Below the pieces are notes generated by a model that was not told the DNA's origin, searched no databases, and saw only the letters and a program-made list of their open reading frames with translations. Below, one piece after another: positions 16,215 to 25,500 of a DNA stretch of 27,252 bases. The DNA is from an uncultured Rhodopirellula sp. (GTDB taxonomy: Bacteria > Planctomycetota > Planctomycetia > Pirellulales > Pirellulaceae). Location of the stretch: NCBI GenBank assembly GCA_964007735.1, contig CAXGAI010000017.1, forward strand, positions 62,001 to 89,252. Direction: 5' to 3'. The position numbers and the translations under genes are program-made. Within the stretch, counting starts at the first letter, position 1; every line of letters starts with the position of its first letter.

Positions 16215-17618
16215 ATGGCAAAGCACTTAAATACACGACGAGCATTCCTTCAGGCATCCACTGCCGCCTTTACCGGGATGACGTTTGCGCCAGGCATGAG
16301 CACGTCAACTGTCCGTGCCAATGAAAATGCGACCGCTAAATCCACGATTCTGTTTTTCCTTTGCGGTGGACACTCTCACATCGACACCTTTGACCCCAAG
16401 CCGAATGCGCCGATAGAATATCGAGGCCCGTTTAAGACAATCCAAACTTCCGCTCCAGGATTATTTGTTTCCGAGCATCTACCAATGACCGCAAAACTCG
16501 GGCACCACCTCGCCATCGTTCGTTCTATTAACGGCAAGGTAAACACGAACGATCACCACGCCGGTTATTATCACAACTTGACCGGACATGAACCCGATGA
16601 ATCCTTCAAGCGGCTCGGCAACGATCGGACTCCTTTCCCTAATGACTGGCCCTATATGGGTACCGTCGTGGGAATGAGACGTCAGCAGGCTGGTGCTCTA
16701 CCCAATGCCATTACCCTGCCCCACATGCCCAGCCGGAAGCCATACACTCGCCCCGGACAGTTTGCTGCCCGGCTCGGAGTGGAGTACGACCCTCTTTACA
16801 TTGACGGTAGTGTCGAGAACCCACTCAAATTCACCGTTCCATCGCTTACCCTCCAAGGAGACGTAAGTACCGATCGAATTACCAGCCGAACGGGTTTATT
16901 GAAAACACTAGACCAAAACAGAAAGTCTTTCGAACAGTATGCAACGACACAGGTCTGGAAAAAACAACAAGCCCGCGCTCTGGAACTCTTACTGTCAGCG
17001 GGTACAACCAATGCATTTAGTCTGGATGGGGAGTCTGAGGCCACCATCGACCGCTACGGCCGAAACATAAACGGGATGTCATTGTTAATGGCCAGGCGGC
17101 TTGTCGAAGTGGGAGTTCCCTTTATCACCGTGTTCTGGAAAGGAGATATGTCCTTAGCCAGTAAGTGCAAAAGTGCCGGTAGCTGGGACACGCATGGGAA
17201 CAATTTCGGGTGCCTTCAAGAAAACCTCTTACCAATGTTTGATCAGGGATATTCAGCGCTACTCGAAGATTTAGAACAACGTGGCTTGCTCGATGCAACA
17301 CTGGTCATGGTAACCAGCGAAATGGGCCGCAAACCTAAAATCGGAGATCCACGCAGCGGGGGTAAATCCGGCCAGGGACGGGATCACTGGACGTACTGCC
17401 TGACCGATGTACTGGCAGGCGGTGGAATACGCGGAGGTCAGGCTTATGGATCCACTGACCGACTCGGGGAATTCCCTGCCGACCTGCAGTGCACTCCCGG
17501 CGACATTACAGCCACGGTCTATAAAGCCATGGGAGTTAATGACTTGACAGCTACCGACACGGACGGACGGGTTTATAATTTACTCGAACACGCTCGTCCA
17601 ATCCAAGCATTACTGTAA
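16215..17618 (+). CDS. DUF1501 domain protein with twin-arginine-like N-terminus
   Basis: TRRAFL, GGHSHIDTFDPKP, LMARRLVEVGVPF, WDTHGN, SEMGRKPKI, GRDHW and LAGGGIRGG motifs. Confidence 0.93.
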   Translation: MAKHLNTRRAFLQASTAAFTGMTFAPGMSTSTVRANENATAKSTILFFLCGGHSHIDTFDPKPNAPIEYRGPFKTIQTSAPGLFVSEHLPMTAKLGHHLAIVRSINGKVNTNDHHAGYYHNLTGHEPDESFKRLGNDRTPFPNDWPYMGTVVGMRRQQAGALPNAITLPHMPSRKPYTRPGQFAARLGVEYDPLYIDGSVENPLKFTVPSLTLQGDVSTDRITSRTGLLKTLDQNRKSFEQYATTQVWKKQQARALELLLSAGTTNAFSLDGESEATIDRYGRNINGMSLLMARRLVEVGVPFITVFWKGDMSLASKCKSAGSWDTHGNNFGCLQENLLPMFDQGYSALLEDLEQRGLLDATLVMVTSEMGRKPKIGDPRSGGKSGQGRDHWTYCLTDVLAGGGIRGGQAYGSTDRLGEFPADLQCTPGDITATVYKAMGVNDLTATDTDGRVYNLLEHARPIQALL

Positions 17619-17640
17619 TTCTTCCCATCACTGAATCATT

Positions 17641-20600
17641 ATGATAAATAGTCGCCGCTTCCTTTTCGCAGGCTTGTTAAGTCTCGCCTTATCCGCCCCG
17701 ACTTCATGGGCACAAAATGCAAACTCGGGGGACCTGAATACACTGCCTGTTGTAGCTGACGAATATAAAATAGTTTTCGCGGCTAGAGAACCCTTAACCC
17801 GTAACCCATGTGCGATGGCGTTCGACTTCAAAGGGCGGTTATTTGTCGGAATGGGACCACAGTATCGATCTCCGACTCCCGATACTCCGGGTGATTCCGT
17901 CTTCATCTTACAAGATCCCGACGGAGACGGTGTATTTGACCAGAAACACGAATTTGCGAGCGGCTTTAATAATATCCAGGCGCTATGCTGGCACGGTTCT
18001 GATCTATGGATTGCGAATGCTCCTGATCTCACCATCGTAAGCGACACCGACGGAGACAACCTAGCGGACAAATACATCCGTCTTTACACGGATTTGGGGA
18101 ATCTTGAACATGGATTACATGGTCTTACCTGGGGACCGGATGGACGTATGTATATGTCCAAAGGGAATTCAAAAGGACATAATGGCCCCGAACTATTCGC
18201 CCCTGAGCCCTTTCATGATCTGTCGGGGGTTGCTGCTCCTCCCGGAACCCCCGTTTTTCCAGAGCCTCTTGTTACCAACGCGGCTGATTATATCAAGACT
18301 TACCATGATCCTGCCGATGACTGGGGCCGCGAAGGAGGCGTGCTCTCCTGTTTGGATTTGGGACATGACTTACGAATTGAATCTCGCGGATATCGTAACC
18401 CCTGGGATATCGCCTATGATCATGAATTCAATTTCATTGGCACAGACAACGACCAGGACCAGGGCGACCGCGTTTTCCACTCATTCCTCGGTGCACACTA
18501 TGGCTGGGGACACCCATGGAGTGCACACTGGCGTTGTAACAATCACCTGCCCACGCCTGAACTGGTAGGGCCTATGTTCGGAGGTTCCGGCACAGGGATC
18601 ACCTACTTCAATTCCCCGGCCTTCCCACCACAGCTACAAGGGGTCTGGATGTTTAACGACTGGTTGCAGCGTCGAACTCATTTCTTCCAAACCAAATGGA
18701 AGGGAGCCCAGTTGACTTTAGCCGGTGAGCAATACAGCACCCTGGTATCCGGAGGTAACGCTCTGTTCAAGCCGACTGATCTCGAGGTCGGGCCCGACGG
18801 TGCACTTTACATATTAGGATGGGGACGCGAATACGGCGTGCAGTGGGATAACCATCAGAAACAAATCAACGAAGGTCGAATATTCCGGGTCAGTTGGAAA
18901 GGGAACCAGGCACAGACTCAACTTAAGCAACAACATGAACGTTGGAAAACACCACTGAAACAGTGGCAAACTTCCGAACTTATCGACGGATTGGATGATG
19001 TTTTACCCGTCCGACGAATCGCAGCGCAGGAAGAACTACTCCAACGAAAGGATGGACCTAATCGAATTTTTGAAGCCTTAGAACACGGTGCGTTATCCGT
19101 ACAACAAACCAGTTGGGCCCTATGGGCTTTTATCCGAAGTCCGTATAGGCAAAATATCCCTGACGATTTTTTCTATCGCACACTCACCACAGGACCTGTC
19201 CATCAACGTATTCAGGCACTGAGATGTCTGCGTCACCTCACGAACCGCTCCAACAGTGCCTCCCATGTTAAAACGTCACTTGATACAAAGACGGTCAATA
19301 TATTGAAAGCAAGCCTCGTGGACACCGAAGCCCGTATTCGCTTTGAAGCCCATCAGTTCCTTGCAGATATCGAACACCTGCCTCCCGAGGTGAGAGCTGC
19401 CGTCGTGCTCGCCATTAACAACGAACAGGATAGCACCTGTTTCTACGCCTCCTGGCATGTGCTAAAACGACATTTTTCACCAAAACAATTACAAGGTCTT
19501 TTGCAGTCCAATCGTCCCCGGCTACAACTGGCAGCACTTCTCGCTGCGGCGGAAATAGGTGAAATCAAAGACGAGGTCATTACCAATTTATTAAAAAGTG
19601 ATTCCGCGGATCTGAGAGCCACGGCGGCTCTGTGGTCAACACGCAAAAGTGGGAATTCCATGTTTTATATCAATCACCCCGGCGGAGAATTCACCGAATC
19701 GATCAGCGTAACTCTACTGAGTTATCTAAAGCCTTCTCAAATCTACTATTCTCTTGATGGCAGCACCCCGGATCGTTCGAGCCTACGATGGCCAGGTAGA
19801 CTAACAATCACCAAAAGCTGTCTCCTTAAGGCTGCCGTCTATTCTGGTGATCAACAGATTGGCCGAGTAGCGGAATTTAGGTACCAACGTATTGGCGTTC
19901 AGGCTGCAGCCGAGAAACAGGGGGTTTTGAGTATTCTTTCTGAAACCAACCGACCCTACCTAATATCCGGAAAGCCTCCTGCAAAGGGAGTTAAGGCCTA
20001 TACAGACCGCGCATATGAAATCACGGAGATCTCGGAAGGTTTAAGAAATACCGTCTTACTGCGAACCCCAAATAATGACTCCGAAGAAATACGTGCAAAA
20101 CTCGTGACCATTGAGTTCGCAATACCAACGACCGTTTTTATCGCACATGACCAACGCATCGATAAGCCGAATTGGCTCACCAGCTGGGAAAAGATTCACG
20201 AAACGCTGGTAACTAATGACGCTTCCTATCAGGTGTTTCGAAAAACAGTCCCGGCCGGGAAGCTAGTACTAGGAGCTAATCGCAATTCCGTGGCTGGCGG
20301 AGCGAGCCAGTATATCGTCCTTTTCAAGCCCGGAAATCTAACCCGGCTATCAAAAGTCACCACTATAGAAGCGTCCAAAGCTAAACTCAGGACGGCTGAC
20401 AGCGACCGCGGACGAGCACTCTTCTTCGCTACTGGCGGAGCGGGTTGCCACAAATGTCATCTAGCTAATGACAGCGCCTCGAATTCAGGGTTCGGACCAA
20501 ATCTCGAATTCCTCAAGCGGCAGAAGGATCCGGAACACATCCTTGAATCACTACTAAAACCCAGTGCCAAAATCAAAGAAGGATTTGCCACTCAGATAGT

Positions 20601-20814
20601 TATTAAAACCGACGGAACAATGTTGACCGGCATTCTCAAAAATGAAACGGGAGAAGCTGTGTTATTAAATCAGACGAACGGGGAAATAGCCATTGTACCG
20701 CGTGACCAAATTGACGAACGATTTACGCAGGAGGTATCGGCAATGCCCGCATTTGACCGAATGCTAAATCCACAGCAGGCTGCCGATCTGACCAAATTCC
20801 TGCTCGGGAATTAA
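17641..20814 (+). CDS. PVC-type heme-binding (CxxCH) multidomain dehydrogenase-like protein
   Basis: Signal peptide; beta-propeller (FAAREPLTRNPCAMAFD, HGLTWGPDG, GYRNPW, FKPTDLEVGPDGALY); HEAT-like repeats; C-terminal cytochrome c (RGRALFF...GCHKCH...FGPNL...ILESLLKPS...SAMP). Confidence 0.9.
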   Translation: MINSRRFLFAGLLSLALSAPTSWAQNANSGDLNTLPVVADEYKIVFAAREPLTRNPCAMAFDFKGRLFVGMGPQYRSPTPDTPGDSVFILQDPDGDGVFDQKHEFASGFNNIQALCWHGSDLWIANAPDLTIVSDTDGDNLADKYIRLYTDLGNLEHGLHGLTWGPDGRMYMSKGNSKGHNGPELFAPEPFHDLSGVAAPPGTPVFPEPLVTNAADYIKTYHDPADDWGREGGVLSCLDLGHDLRIESRGYRNPWDIAYDHEFNFIGTDNDQDQGDRVFHSFLGAHYGWGHPWSAHWRCNNHLPTPELVGPMFGGSGTGITYFNSPAFPPQLQGVWMFNDWLQRRTHFFQTKWKGAQLTLAGEQYSTLVSGGNALFKPTDLEVGPDGALYILGWGREYGVQWDNHQKQINEGRIFRVSWKGNQAQTQLKQQHERWKTPLKQWQTSELIDGLDDVLPVRRIAAQEELLQRKDGPNRIFEALEHGALSVQQTSWALWAFIRSPYRQNIPDDFFYRTLTTGPVHQRIQALRCLRHLTNRSNSASHVKTSLDTKTVNILKASLVDTEARIRFEAHQFLADIEHLPPEVRAAVVLAINNEQDSTCFYASWHVLKRHFSPKQLQGLLQSNRPRLQLAALLAAAEIGEIKDEVITNLLKSDSADLRATAALWSTRKSGNSMFYINHPGGEFTESISVTLLSYLKPSQIYYSLDGSTPDRSSLRWPGRLTITKSCLLKAAVYSGDQQIGRVAEFRYQRIGVQAAAEKQGVLSILSETNRPYLISGKPPAKGVKAYTDRAYEITEISEGLRNTVLLRTPNNDSEEIRAKLVTIEFAIPTTVFIAHDQRIDKPNWLTSWEKIHETLVTNDASYQVFRKTVPAGKLVLGANRNSVAGGASQYIVLFKPGNLTRLSKVTTIEASKAKLRTADSDRGRALFFATGGAGCHKCHLANDSASNSGFGPNLEFLKRQKDPEHILESLLKPSAKIKEGFATQIVIKTDGTMLTGILKNETGEAVLLNQTNGEIAIVPRDQIDERFTQEVSAMPAFDRMLNPQQAADLTKFLLGN

Positions 20815-20847
20815 AAAAGAGAGGAGTCCCCACACGGAACTCCTCTC
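20813..20847 (-). terminator. Intrinsic terminator for the minus-strand porin gene
   Basis: Hairpin GAGAGGAGT...ACTCCTCTC (20819-20847), followed on the minus strand by T6; lies between convergent genes. Confidence 0.8.
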
Positions 20848-20889
20848 AACCCGATATCGTTGATCTTTTACAACTTCCCGATGTCGTCA

Positions 20890-22293
20890 TCAGAAACTAA
20901 AAATTGCATCAAAAGATAATGTAAACGTGTCATTTTCCTGGAAGTCGCCAAATGCACCGGGGACACTTAAATCACTACTCATAGTATCCGACCAATCCCA
21001 ACGAGCCTCGGGACGAAACATCCACCGTTCGTTAGGCCGGTAATTAAGGCCTAAAGAAACGTTGACATAGTTACCTCCATTGACATTACTTGAAAACGCA
21101 CCAGGCATAATTCTCGAATTATCCTGATCCCGGAACCACTCGACTCGGACACCTGTCGATAGCTTTTCACTGACCGCATAGGTCCAATAATTAGTAATCC
21201 CATACCAACGGGCTCCAGTAAGGCCGCCGGTCAACGTATTACCCTGCATGGCATCTCCGTGGCCAACATCGGCTGTTAACGCATGCGTCAACTTTTCTGA
21301 CAGGTTTCTAGTGTACGTGAGCGTCACTATCGTCACATTGCCAACCAGAGTGTTGCCGCCATTATCCACGCCAATAAAGTCGTCACCGCTATGAAAGTTG
21401 AGATCAAAAGAACTCTCGTCCATGGACCAAGCTATACCACCCGTAATGGAAAGATCTCCTTCACTATCATCTTCCCAATTATCCCAACCGCGGGTAATCC
21501 CCAGCCTAATATCCAGAGCGTCGACGATCGTTGTGGATGCTAAGGCACCAGTATGCGTGAATGGCTGGCCATGGATGCGACTCATCGTGTGTGTATAAAA
21601 GAAATTTTCCAACGGCATGACCGATTCATAACCAACCTGACTGTAAAAATGCCCAAGTCGCAAATCCATCCCAAACAGTAACGGCGTATGTAAATCCGCA
21701 TAAAGCTGCGGCATACTCAAACCATAGTAGGGGCGCGGGTTAGCAGGAGTTCCCCGAAAATCATCCGTGGCAGGATCAGGCGTCCTGTTCCAGCGTTGGC
21801 TACCATCTGTGCGAATCTCTAGACCAGAGGCAACTGTGTAATCATGGTCTGTACCAAACAAAAGGTCGATACGCGTATCCCAGGACCAGGATTCGTTGTC
21901 ATCTTTGCCTTGAGATGCTTCCAACACAAGATAAAGCTGATTTAACTGGAATTGATTATGTTGGTCATTAAACCCAATGGGACCATTTCGTCCACTTGTT
22001 GGGCGGCTGGAATTCCATGTGTGGCCAATCTCCATCCAACCAGATGGAGTAAGCCAACGTTCTCGCTTTTCGCGATCTTTCTTTGCTATCCCACTAAGGG
22101 AATCTTTCAGCCCAAAAGAAACCGGCTGGAATACCTCCCCAGCGTTCGGAATACCATAGTCAATGTTATAGTAAGCTTGCTGCGTGTCGCTATCACTAAT
22201 TTGATATTCTGCAACCTGTGCCTCAGCGATAGAGCCCAAGAACAAGAATGCTATAAAAAGCCCTGTTCTAGCGATTTTTCTCGCAATCAACAT
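20890..22293 (-). CDS. Outer-membrane beta-barrel protein (putative porin, BBP2/DUF1597-like)
   Basis: ATG at 22293 with GGGAG upstream and a signal peptide. Motifs FQLNQLYL, DLLFGTD, PQLYAD, GHFYSQVGYE, PFTHTG, GWDNWED, RVEWFRD, RPEARWDW; terminal Phe. Confidence 0.88.
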   Translation of the reverse strand: MLIARKIARTGLFIAFLFLGSIAEAQVAEYQISDSDTQQAYYNIDYGIPNAGEVFQPVSFGLKDSLSGIAKKDREKRERWLTPSGWMEIGHTWNSSRPTSGRNGPIGFNDQHNQFQLNQLYLVLEASQGKDDNESWSWDTRIDLLFGTDHDYTVASGLEIRTDGSQRWNRTPDPATDDFRGTPANPRPYYGLSMPQLYADLHTPLLFGMDLRLGHFYSQVGYESVMPLENFFYTHTMSRIHGQPFTHTGALASTTIVDALDIRLGITRGWDNWEDDSEGDLSITGGIAWSMDESSFDLNFHSGDDFIGVDNGGNTLVGNVTIVTLTYTRNLSEKLTHALTADVGHGDAMQGNTLTGGLTGARWYGITNYWTYAVSEKLSTGVRVEWFRDQDNSRIMPGAFSSNVNGGNYVNVSLGLNYRPNERWMFRPEARWDWSDTMSSDLSVPGAFGDFQENDTFTLSFDAIFSF

Positions 22294-22481
22294 GACTAAA
22301 TTCTCCCAACGGTTTTTCAAAATGGTGTGATAATCGTTCAATCCAATAAAAACGATACAATCACATCCATCCCGTTTATCGGCATAACCGTTACAGATAG
22401 AACACCAAAACCGACACAAATTGTTTGTTTGAGATGATTTAACACGCAATTTATAAATACATTACAAACGAAGCCACGAAG

Positions 22482-22517
22482 AAAAACCCTAGAAACCACT
22501 ACCGTGATTTCTAGGGT
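22482..22517 (-). terminator. Intrinsic terminator downstream of the Calx-beta gene
   Basis: Hairpin ACCCTAGAAA-c-CAC-tacc-GTG-a-TTTCTAGGGT (22486-22517), followed by a T-run on the minus strand, ~40 bp after the stop at 22556. Confidence 0.75.
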
Positions 22518-22555
22518 ATCTAGCTTATTTCACCCGAATTCTACTGAGACGGAGG

Positions 22556-25500
22556 TTAGCTCACCCCCCCTATCTCCAAATCATCCTCACTATCACTTCC
22601 AGATTCTACTTTTAACAACGCATCCACTTCGTCGGCCCAGTGGGTCTGCCGAACCGGAGTTGTATAATATTCCTGTCCATATTCTTTAGGTTCAGCAGCA
22701 GAAGCAAGTGCGGTCACGGCACTATCAAAGCCGGCAGCTTTCAACGTTACCCCATCAAAGTTCTCAAAGATGTGATCTGTGATGGCTTCGCCTTCTGCAC
22801 CCCCAACAGCTACGCTCTCAGCTTCCCCTGCTTCATTAAGAGCATTAACCACTCGCAATACGTCAATCGGAGTAATCGCAAAGTCACCATTCGTATCATA
22901 TAAGTACTGATCTCGATTGAGGTATTCACCCAAATCACCCTCATTGTCTCCCAGCACAAGAACACTTCGCGAACCCTCGTCATTGAGGCTATTGATCGTA
23001 ACTAGAGCATCAATCGGACTAATGTGTCCATCGTTATTCACATCCAGTGGATTTTCCGGATTCTGATAAATCGAAAAACCAAAAAGATCAGAGATCGACA
23101 ACTCTGAAGCCCCAAGAGGATCAACATTTAAGATCTGAGCCGGTGTAAAACGATCTTCCAGTAGACTAACCTTAGGAACCTCACTACCTTTGTTCTGATC
23201 GACGGCACTCAAATCAAACATCGTTAGCATGCCATTCATGTCGGCATCTAGGCAGGCATCGTATTGATCAACACCAAGGTCAATGCCCATCAGGTCATTA
23301 AAGACTTCCGGCATGGTTCCACGATAACCTAGCTGGGTCTGCAAGACACCAGCTGCTGTACGCTGAAAAGCATGAGTCGTGACTTCGGTGTCCGACTCCG
23401 AGAGAATACCAGGCAAACTCACGGCCAATTCGACTAAGCCATCGCTGTCATTACCCGAGGGTACCACGACCGTGTAATCCCCAGCGGCTACTTCAAAGAC
23501 ACCGTAGGACCTTGTGGCATCGACCGGCAGAACGTGATCAACCTTCATCGGCGCGATTGGAGTTCCACTCCTATCGAGCAATTGAGGCACACCGATTTCC
23601 AGAGCCTCGCCAGCCGCAGTTGCAGCAGTGAACTGGATATCAACAGGCTCCGCGTTATCTATGCTAAAGTTCCAGGCTGCGTACCGAACACCATTATCCA
23701 GATCGACATCTCCCGGCTCGGCAACAACATTACAAACCCCGATGAAACCCCGGGCGTTACGGTCGTCATTAACGATATCTATCCGGGCCTCGACGGCAGA
23801 CGTATCATCTGTATCGAGATAAGCAACACTTCGGCCTCCCGCATCCAAAACCCCAAGTTCTACCGTAAACACTTCGTGTCGCTCAAACAACTCGTCACCA
23901 AGAACATCCACGTCCACATCTACGCTTCTGACATCCGTCTTAAGATTACCGAAGAGAACCTCGCCAGCAGCACTGGTATAGTCAGCACTCGAAACCGCCG
24001 TTCCATCAACGGTCAGGTATGTAGTTGAAACCGCAACATCAACGGGAGCACTAAGGACAACCGTCGCTGTGGATACAGATACGCCCGCATCACCTTCCAA
24101 CCTGGCTGCATCACGAATAAGAACCGTGGCCGAATCATCATTAACGATCGTTACGTCTGACTGCCCATCACCAATAGTGACATCTCTGTTACTTGCCGCA
24201 ACATCCGTCAGATTTATTTCGAACAATTCATCAAGCTCAACAACCTGATCTCCATTGATGGGCACTTGCACCTGAACAACTTCTCCGGCGGCCCCGGCAA
24301 AATTAAGGACACCCGAGGTTTGCACATAGTCTTCATCACCATTAAACAATGTGGTTAACGATGTGGCCGTGCCATCTGTGGTTTCATAGGTGATACCCAA
24401 AGGAACATCAACCGAGTTGTCGAGCGTTACATCAATAAAGGCGTAAGCCTGTCCAACATCACCTTCCTGTATTGCAGCATCACTTACCGAAATAGAGGCT
24501 TCATCATCATTATCAATCCACACATAGGCTTTAGGGTTAGCGACGGTGACGCTGCGATCCAGAAAATCAGACGTTCCGATCGTCACGGTCAGCCATTCGT
24601 CAAGCTCGACCACTTCATCACCATAGAGGGGCACTGAAATCGTTTGTGAAAAGGAGCCATTTACCAGACCATTATTCACCGCGGTAAAGTTTAGAATCCC
24701 TTCCGTGTCGTCATAATCATGCCCATCAACCTTGGCTGAATTCACAAAATCATATTGTCCCGCCGGATCCGAAGGATCTTCGTTGTCCGCCGTGCTGTTG
24801 ACTCCTGCATATTCGGGAGCAAAAGCAGAGGGCAGTCCCGCATTATCATTCAAATGGTGAACGCCGTTGGCCGTAGCATAGCCAATCAAAATCGGAATAT
24901 CGACCGGGTTTGACAAAGTGACCGTCAATGTTGCATTGGTAATTCCGTCATCTCCCTCCACAAAGAACTCCTGATCAGCATTGACTTCGATCGTCGCTGT
25001 ATCAGCGTTAAGGATCGTGACCTGTCCGGAACCAACAATCAACGGATTACCGCCCGTCTCCAAATCCGCGTCTACAACAAACACATTTCGCCCAAACGCT
25101 TCCGGTTCTTCTATTCCAACGTGGAATGTTTCTACTAATTCAACAATATCGTCGTCAGAAACCGTAATACTGACAGTGAGATCCGAAGTATCCATTGCCG
25201 GGAAGACAATATCACCGGAGGACTCTAAGTAATCCCCCAGAGCGCTCTTCGCGGAACCATCAATGGAGTGCCACGCCACCGTTGTGTCTACATCAACCTG
25301 CTCGCTCAAGGCGACAATGAGTGTTGCCACACCATCCTCTTCAGCGATAAACACATCCGTTACTGAAACCACAGCACCATCATCGTTGACAATGGTTACT
25401 TCAGAAACATCATTGGCTAATTCAACACTACGACCTCCCGCTACCAGAGAAGACAGCACAACCTGTAATGTTTCATCGAGTTCAACAATCCCCTCATCAT

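Noticed and set aside
22294..22449. Cys-rich N-terminal extension of the porin ORF
   Set aside because: It precedes a clear RBS, ATG and signal peptide at 22293 and is AT-rich like intergenic DNA.
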